Assembly (NCBI GenBank): GCA_964016885.1
Contig: OZ024745.1
Coordinates: 123,132,001 to 123,196,000, forward strand
DNA from: Eledone cirrhosa
Taxonomy: Eukaryota
Length of the DNA: 64,000 nucleotides
Direction: 5' to 3'
In this document: positions 56,151 to 64,000 of the stretch, piece by piece
Position numbering within the stretch: the stretch's first letter is position 1
Layout of the letters: the number at the start of each line of letters is the position of its first letter
Notes under the pieces: generated by a model
Told to the model about the DNA's origin: nothing
Database searches by the model: none
Seen by the model: the letters and a program-made list of their open reading frames with translations, nothing else
Made by a program: the position numbers and the translations under genes

Positions 56151-56857
56151 TATATAAAATTAAAAGTAAGATGATGTATGTATGTAAAATAAACACATCA
56201 AACAGTTACAGGGGATAATTTGTGAAGAGTGTAACCACACATAGTTACGGAGGTAACATATTAAAAATTAACAAGAACCTAGCATATAGATACCTTGCAA
56301 TAATGATTAATCTCCTTTGTATATATTCCATTGAAGAAATATATTTCACCATTAATCAGAGAATTATAGAAGTCAAATCTTGGATCATTGGCAAAAGAGA
56401 AGATTTAACCATTTATAATCACACACTACAAACAAATCAAAGGATAACGGCTCCTAAGTATGTTTTAGTAGAGCTTATTATGTTGAAAGGAATCGGCTGT
56501 TATTTCTAGCTGTCGATAACTCTTTTCACACCACTGGCTTGATGGCGGAGTGACATGTGTTTTTTAAACTACACGTGCTCTTACGCCACTATCCCCTGAT
56601 TTGCTTGTAGTGTGTGATTATAGCTGGCTAAATCTTCTCTTTTGCCAATGATCCGAGATCTGACATCTCTGATTCTCTGATTAATGGTGAAATATATTTC
56701 TACAATGGAATATATATTCTAGATTCTTGTTGATTTTTAATATGTTACCCCCCCCCCCATAACTATGTGTGTTTACACTCTTCACAAATTATCCCCTGTA
56801 ACTATTTGATGTGTTTATTTTATATACATACGTCATTTTACTTTTAATTTAATATAT
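56151..56857. repeat. Diverged long inverted repeat, ~270-300 bp arms
   Basis: AAATTAAAAGTAA..CAGGGGATAATTTGTGAAGAGTGTAA..GGATCATTGGCAAAAGAGAAGATTTA mirrored in 56585-56857. Confidence 0.9.
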
Positions 56858-57104
56858 ATATATATATATATATAACAAAGGAATTGTGGTAAGGAACCAG
56901 ATGGACCATAACGCACCAGAGAACTTAATACTTAGGGTAGTAGAGTGGGAAATAGGAAAAAGTATGACCCCGACGGCAGAGCTCAAGCCGTTTCGACGAC
57001 TATTTCTGGACTCAGTCCAGAAATAGCCGTCGAAATTTACATTCAGTCTTAACATTGAGTGTTAATACTCCAATAACGCACACAATTATTGAAATTATTG
57101 AATA

Positions 57105-57147
<43 letters not shown>

Positions 57148-57711
57148 ATTCAATAATTTCAATAATTGTGTGCGTTATTGGAGTATTAACACTCAATGTT
57201 AAGACTGAATGTAAAAATTAATTAGTTCTGTGTATGAACATAAATAAATACTATAATATAATATACTATAGTATAATATAATATTATATATATCATCATC
57301 ATCATCACCATTTTACATCCATTCTTCCACGCTAGCATGGGTTAGATGGGTTGTCCTGTTGTGGGCACTGCCTGGTTGGCTGACCATGTCTTGCTCATAC
57401 AGAAACTGATTCTGGCTTGATTTCTACAGCTGGATGCTCTTCCTAGCACCAACCTCATTTACAGTGTGGGCTGGGTGCTTTTTTGCTGTGGCACCTCCAC
57501 GACCACTTTACAGTGGAATGACAGGGACTCCAGTCCCTATCATCTCATTTCTACAGCTGAGTAAACTGGAGCAATGTGAAATAAAGTGTCTTGCTCAAGG
57601 AAACAACTCATCACCCGGTCTGAGAATTGAACTCACAACCTTTCAATTGCAAGGCCAATGCTCTAACCACTAAGCCATGTGCCTCCATATATTTATTTAT
57701 ATATATATTAG

Positions 57712-58481
57712 ATAGTAATTGGAAGAACCTCAGCACAAGGAAGCTGTAAAAACAGCAAAATGCCGCCAATGGTGGTGGTAGGTAAAATTTACCCCAAAGG
57801 TAGAAACCAGTGGCTAGAAATGTGTTGGCTTGTAGAAGCAATAGGAAGAAATGTGAAAGGGATAAAATAGATGAGAGGGGATTTCACAAACATTAAATTT
57901 TCTCATCAGCTTTTAGACCGTCTGTGGTTTCAATGATTTAACTAAAAGGACCACGTAAGATAGACAGCTCATACCAATGGAGAAATAAATATCTCTGATG
58001 GTATAATGTTTATGAGAGAAACGAATAGATTTACAGGCAGATGAACAGGTCAGAGAGACAAGAATGAAGTCATCCACTCAGCTTCAAGTCACTGTAAGAA
58101 AGGGGAGAACAATGGCCCTCTAAGTGGAAGTGGTGTGTTTCTCTCTCTGACTCCTCTGCCTATCAATCTATTCATTTCTCCCACAAACATTATACCAACA
58201 GAGATACTTAATTCTCCGTTGGTACAAACCATCTATCTTACATGGTCCTTTTAGTTAAATCATCAAAACCACAGGCAGTCTAAAAGCTGATGAGAAAATT
58301 TAATATTTGTGAGATCCCTTGTCTATTTTATCCTGTGCTCCTTTCTTCCTATTTCTTCTACAAACCAACACACTTCTAGCCACTGATTTCTATCCTTTGA
58401 GGTAAACTCTACCTGATGCTGCCATTGATGGCATTTTGATGTTTTAACAATTTCCTTGCACTGAGTTCTTCTAATTACTAT
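57712..58481. repeat. Diverged long inverted repeat, ~345-bp arms
   Basis: e.g. TTAAATTTTCTCATCAGCTTTTAGAC / GTCTAAAAGCTGATGAGAAAATTTAA and GATTTAACTAAAAGGACCA / TGGTCCTTTTAGTTAAATC. Confidence 0.9.
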
Positions 58482-58668
58482 ATGAATTCTAATACACTCG
58501 CATTTCAAACTCGATATTCGAGATACATTTGTTTATATATATATCGGGAATATTACCCACCACATATATATATGTATGATGAACAGACCTGCTTCAAAAA
58601 ATGTTTTTCGTTTCAGCCCCTGCTCACTCTCCTCTATCTTTCTATTTCTTCTTTAATTTCACATTCTA

Positions 58669-58704
58669 TTTTCTGATGACGGACTAGCGTCCAAAACATT
58701 AAGA
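58669..58704 (+). ncRNA. Degenerate family-B hammerhead motif
   Basis: CUGAUGA-c-GGAC uagc GUCC-aAAA-ca-UU^aaga; GAAA mutated. Confidence 0.5.
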
Positions 58705-59914
58705 GTCTTTTCCTACAATATGAAGTGCAAAACTAATATATTTCTTCAATTTACTGCATCGTTTGCTTAATAATTTCTATTTACTTTTTGAATATATAAT
58801 ATATATAGTAATTTATTTAGGCTGATCCAGTAGCCTGTTTTGTGGGAGGTCCGTCATATATATAGAACATCGTTTTATTTTAGTAACATTTTCTAAAGTT
58901 AAATTTAACTGGAACATATCATCAGATGTCAGATAATCATCTATGTCTATGCAGTGTAGTTTTGTAATTTCAAAACACTTGTTTCAGTTTCATGTTTTTG
59001 ACTTGCATTAGATTTCTGCTACTTACTGTTACATACATATGTTTATGTGTGTTCATGCATCTGCATACACGCATATATCCATGCCCTTACACATATACAT
59101 ACTTTAGTGCATGTAGCTATTTTACAGAGTATTGAATAGAAAGTAGCAACAAGTAGCATAATATAAAAAGAAAGAAAAATCGGTAGTTGGATATCTTCTT
59201 TCTTCTTTTCCTTTCAAAGGATTTACTTTTTAGAAGAAAAAAAAATGACTGCTACAGGATCAATATTCACTTACTTTCATTCAAAGCTTTCATTCTCCCT
59301 TCCTATCCAATCCTTACCACACTAACTCTTTATTTCTCTTTTCATTTTATATACACATCCTCTTTTCTTTCTTTCTGCTTTATTTATTAATTTAATTCAT
59401 TGCATTCTATTCGCTAATATCAAAATAATATCATATCTCTTGTCAAATTTTGCATTTTACTCAGGTATGTAAAAGAACAGGTACATAAAATTACAGCTAT
59501 ACTAACACATGTTACAATAACACACACATTTTAGATTTTACACAGGTAAAAATAAAAGAACAAGTAAATTAATAGATACCACCATAAAATATATTTTAGA
59601 TTTTACATAAGTATACAAAATACACAGGTAAAATTACACACCCCATCATAAACCTGTTTTTTCAAATTTTTCACAGGTACACAATACAAAACAACTCAAC
59701 TTAAAAAGGCTGTCACCATTTTTGTTTTTCCTCTATATTTCTTCTGCTCATTCTTGAAGGAACATGTGTTAGAATAAAGGTTCTCAAACTCCCCCCCCCC
59801 CCCACAATCCTCACGGCCATGTAATACCCTCAGCACCCCCAACCCTATTACCAGAGAGGCCTGCCTACATGCAAATTGTAAATAATATATAATGAATAAA
59901 ATCATTAGATAGAC

Positions 59915-61165
59915 ACAATGCTTTGCATCTTAGAGCTATGGCCCTTTATGGTTTGAGTTCAAATCCCGCCGAGGTTAACCCTGCTTTTCATCCTTACGAG
60001 GTCGATAAAATAAAGTACCAGTAATGCACTGGGGGATGATTGCTGGCCTTGTGCCAAAAGTAGAAACAATTATTATCATTATTACACACATACACACACA
60101 CACGTACACATATATATATATATATATATATATGCAAAAAGTAAACAGAAACAACAAAACAAACAACACAGTACAATAAAGAAATATATTAGTCTAGTGC
60201 GTGATATAGTAGAAAAAAAGTCTCTATATTTCGGACACTAGTCCTTCATCAGAAGAGAGAATGAGAAGTAAAAGATGGAATAGAAAAATAGAGAGTGAGA
60301 AAAAAAAGGAATGGAAGAAAATATTTTGAGAAAAAGCACGTGTATATTCAGTCAGCCATTTTGGAGAAATAGGGGCAGGGGATTGATAGTACTGGTAGAG
60401 TATCAGATAAAATGTCTTGTGGCATTTAGTTACTGCCTTTTACATTCTGAGTTCAAATCTTGCCAAGGCCAACTTTGCTTTTCATCCCTTCTGGGTCGAT
60501 AAAATAAAGTACCAGTCATGTATTATTGGCTTTGTGACTAAATTAGAAATCATTATTGGTGGATTGGCAGTATCGGTAAAGGGTCGGACGCCATGCTTTG
60601 CAGCAAAGAGTTATGGCCCTTTATGTTCTGAGTTGAAATCCTGCCGAGGTTAACTTTGCCTTTCATCCTTACGGGGTCAATAAAATAAAGTACCAGTAAT
60701 ACACTAGGATAATTGCTGGTCTTGTGCCAAAAGTAGAAACAATTATTATATGTACTATGGCGGTGGATTGGCAGTATCGGTAGAAGGTCTGATGCCATGT
60801 TTTGCAGCATAGAGTTACGACCCTTTATGGTCTGAGTTCAAAATCCTGCCGAGGTTAACTTTGCCTTTCATCCTTATGGGGTCAATAAAATAAAGTACCA
60901 GTAATGCACTGGGATAATTGCTGGCCTCGTGCTAAAAGTAGAAACAATTATTTTGTATAATGTATACGTTTATGAATATGTATGTATTTATATTTGAATA
61001 CTGAAACATAGATAAGTTACCTCCCTTTGTGTGACATACAAAAGAACAAGAGCATTAAATCCCGCCGAGGTTAACTTTGATTTTCATCCTTACGAGGTCG
61101 ATAAAATAAAGTACCAGTAATAAACTGGGATAATTGCTGGCCTTGTGCCAAAAGTAGAAACAATT
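59915..61165 (+). mobile_element. Cluster of five SINE-A copies or fragments, three head-to-tail (60380-60950)
   Basis: Repeated SINE-A motifs. Confidence 0.85.
60221..60256 (-). ncRNA. Minimal family-B hammerhead motif
   Basis: ucuu-CUGAUGA-a-GGAC uagu GUCC-GAAA-ua-UA^gaga; intact core. Confidence 0.7.
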
Positions 61166-61851
61166 ATATATTAGTAAATAAATGTGTATATTGTGTGTTT
61201 GTGTATCTGTGTGTCTGTATGTGCATTGTTTCATGTCCACTTTCTCTGTTATGTATATATGGCTTAGTGGTTAGAGCATTGGCCTTGCAATCGAAAGGTT
61301 GTGAGTTCAATTCTCAGACTGATGTGTTGTTTCTTGAGCAAGACACTTTATTTTCACATTGCTCCAGTTTACTCAGCTGTAGAAATGAGATGATAGGGAC
61401 TGGGGTCCCTATCATTCCACAGCAAAGTGGTCGTGGAGGTGCCACGGCAAAAAAGCACTCAGCACTCACTGTAAATGAGGTTGGTGTTAGGAAGGGCATC
61501 CAGCTGTAGAAATCAAGCCAGAATCAGTTCCCGTCCCACCCTTGCAAGCAGGGAAAAGCGGACGTAAAATGATGATGATGATGATGATATATATATATAT
61601 ATATATATTAACAGTCGATCGACTTTCGTCAAATCAGACTGAGGAAACATTTCCATTGGTCTTTCCAATTGTTAATACTATCAGCCTCAAATCCAGGTAG
61701 AAGGAGCAATGTGAAATAAAGTGTCTCCCTTAAGGACATGATGCATTGCCCAGTCTGAGAATCGAACTCACAACCTCACGATTGCAAATCAAATTCTCTA
61801 ACTACTCAGCCATGTGCCTTCACACACACACACACATATATATACATATAC

Positions 61852-61894
<43 letters not shown>

Positions 61895-61898
<4 letters not shown>

Positions 61899-62072
61899 AT
61901 AAATAAGAGAGACGGTTTATTCGTACATCTTCATTTTATTATCTAATTCCATTATATGTATTTCAAAGATGCAAGGATGGTTATATAATAACCCCCTACC
62001 ACTCTTTCTTTCAGGTAATGGAATTAATAAAATGAAGATGTACGAATAAAACCATCTTTCTTATTTATTATA
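61895..62072. repeat. Inverted repeat with ~57-bp arms
   Basis: TAATAAATAAGA..TTTATTCGTACATCTTCATTTTATTA / TAATAAAATGAAGATGTACGAATAAA..TCTTATTTATTA. Confidence 0.85.
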
Positions 62073-63060
62073 CTAAAACTCCAGGTGATACGATACAGAG
62101 AAAATCCTAAGGAATACAAATCGTTGAGTGCTTTACATCTGTTTATGAAAAAGTCGGCAGATTTTTTGGACCCACCAACTGTCATCAACTGAATAAATAT
62201 AAACATACATCATCATCATCATCATCATTTTACGTCCGCTTTTCCCTGCTTGCAAAGGTGGGACGGGTCCTATTCAGCACAGCATCTCTCCACTTGTCAC
62301 GGTCCTTTGTCATCTCCTCCGTGAGCTTCAGCGATCTGAGGTCTGCTCTCACCATGTTTTTCGTGGTCTTCCTCTACTGCATCTTCCTTCTACTGGCATT
62401 TCTTGGCACTTCTTTATATATATATATCCCAAAAGTCACTAGACCATTACATGTATATATATCATATTGAATTCGTAAACGCTGAGCATATATTTTTAAC
62501 AGACCTTCTGTTAATCTGGTTAAGCTAACAACGTAATTAAAATTCAGTGACACAACTTCAAGTGTTCAGCAATTTTTAGACAACTTAATCAGTGAAACAA
62601 TTGTTAAGACTGAAAATAAAACACTTTTTTTGTACTGTTGACCATATTATTCTTCACTCTTTCTATATATATCTATATATTGGCCTTGCAATCGAAAGGT
62701 TGTGAGTTTAATTCGCAGACCGGGTGATGTGTTGTTTCCTTGAGCAAGACACTTTATTTCACATTGCTCCAGTTTACTCAGCTGTAGAAATGAGATGATA
62801 GGAACTGGGGTCCATATCATTCCACTGCAAAGTGGTCGTGGAGGTGCCATGGCAAAAAAGCACCCAGCACTCACTGTAAATGAGGTTGGTGTTAGGAAGG
62901 ACATCCAGCTGTAGAAATCAAGCCAGCATCAGTTCCCGTCCCACCCTTGCAAGCAGAGAAAAAGCGGACGTAAAATGAAATGAAGATGAATGATGATGAT
63001 ACATATATATACATATATATATATTCATATATATATATATCATCTCATATATATATATCA

Positions 63061-63106
<46 letters not shown>

Positions 63107-64000
63107 AATAAAATAACACGAGATTTATTTAATGAACTTACAGAGGAGTCTTATATGAAAAAGTTAATCTCGATAAGATATCAGGGTGGGATATAGAGTA
63201 AAGAATAAAGCCTTTTATTGTGAATCCTACCCAGCACCTCCTAACCATGTGTCAGCCAGTTTCGAGTGGTATCGTCCAGCGAAAGAAATGGAAATTAATT
63301 TTTCCGAGTACTCTAGGAACGTAGCTACCTTAGGCCCCGGGTGTGCTAACGGGAAGTCTACAATTTCTACAGGCCATCGTCTATACCAAACGAATACTAT
63401 TAATTCACACATGAGGGGTTTATTTACGTGCCAGTAGAGGCATGATACAGCTAACAGTTATGCCTAAGCCTGGAGTTTATAGGTATAAGTATAATATGGC
63501 GGTCAAAACAGGCTCTGTAAGTTCATTAAATAAATCTCGCTACCTTAACCTTTAATTTTCTAATAATTTTTTTATTTTTTTTTATTTATTTTTCAATTTA
63601 TTATTTTTTAATTTAGTTTCATCCTATAACTCGTAACATAAGTTTAACGTTCCAATTTTCTGTTCACACAATAGACCATACAGACACCCATTATATATGC
63701 CTTTGTTAAAATATAGATTCTTTGGAATAACATTTTTCGTGGCATTTTCTAGCATCACTGTAGTATGACCCTTACGCTGACTTCTTTCTTTTTTCTTCTT
63801 TCTTTCTTTCTTCCCCTTTTTTATTCTTTGATGGAGAGCTGGTAGTACATTATAAGCCTTCGCTCCCTCACCAGATGGTCATTAGCAGACTGAGTACCCA
63901 TCACTTTGAGGGCGACTGGCCGAGGTGAAAGTAGCTAGTTGGTCAGTCGTCCTCTCTGTCTCTGATTTTTTGGACCCATTGTTTTTACATATTTCTTTGT

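Noticed and set aside
57885-58320. CTGATGA..GAAA within the long inverted repeat
   Set aside because: No convincing stem II, stem III or stem I.

Overview
AT-rich, microsatellite-saturated eukaryotic DNA, not prokaryotic. The SINE/RTE repertoire and (TA)n/(ATG)n/(CATA)n load suggest an octopus or other coleoid cephalopod (inference). The only host gene visible is the first coding exon of a RasGRF (N-terminal PH domain, minus strand, 974-1240). The remaining ~62 kb lies upstream and is almost entirely repeats: a decayed RTE LINE and many RTE 3' fragments, two tRNA-derived SINE families, Penelope-like GIY-YIG fragments, a Tx1/L1 fragment, a Tc1/mariner transposase relic, several MITEs, SINE/LINE-borne 48-50 bp minisatellites and many long inverted repeats. 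Nearly all ORFs in the track are microsatellite artefacts. The most notable signal is about a dozen type-I hammerhead-ribozyme-like motifs in at least three sequence families, one with covarying stem II. They are linked to Penelope-like elements and to a TIR-bounded mini-element. A second recurring pattern is mirror duplication of element ends across microsatellite tracts. All structures were read by eye, and no catalytic activity or expression is demonstrated.
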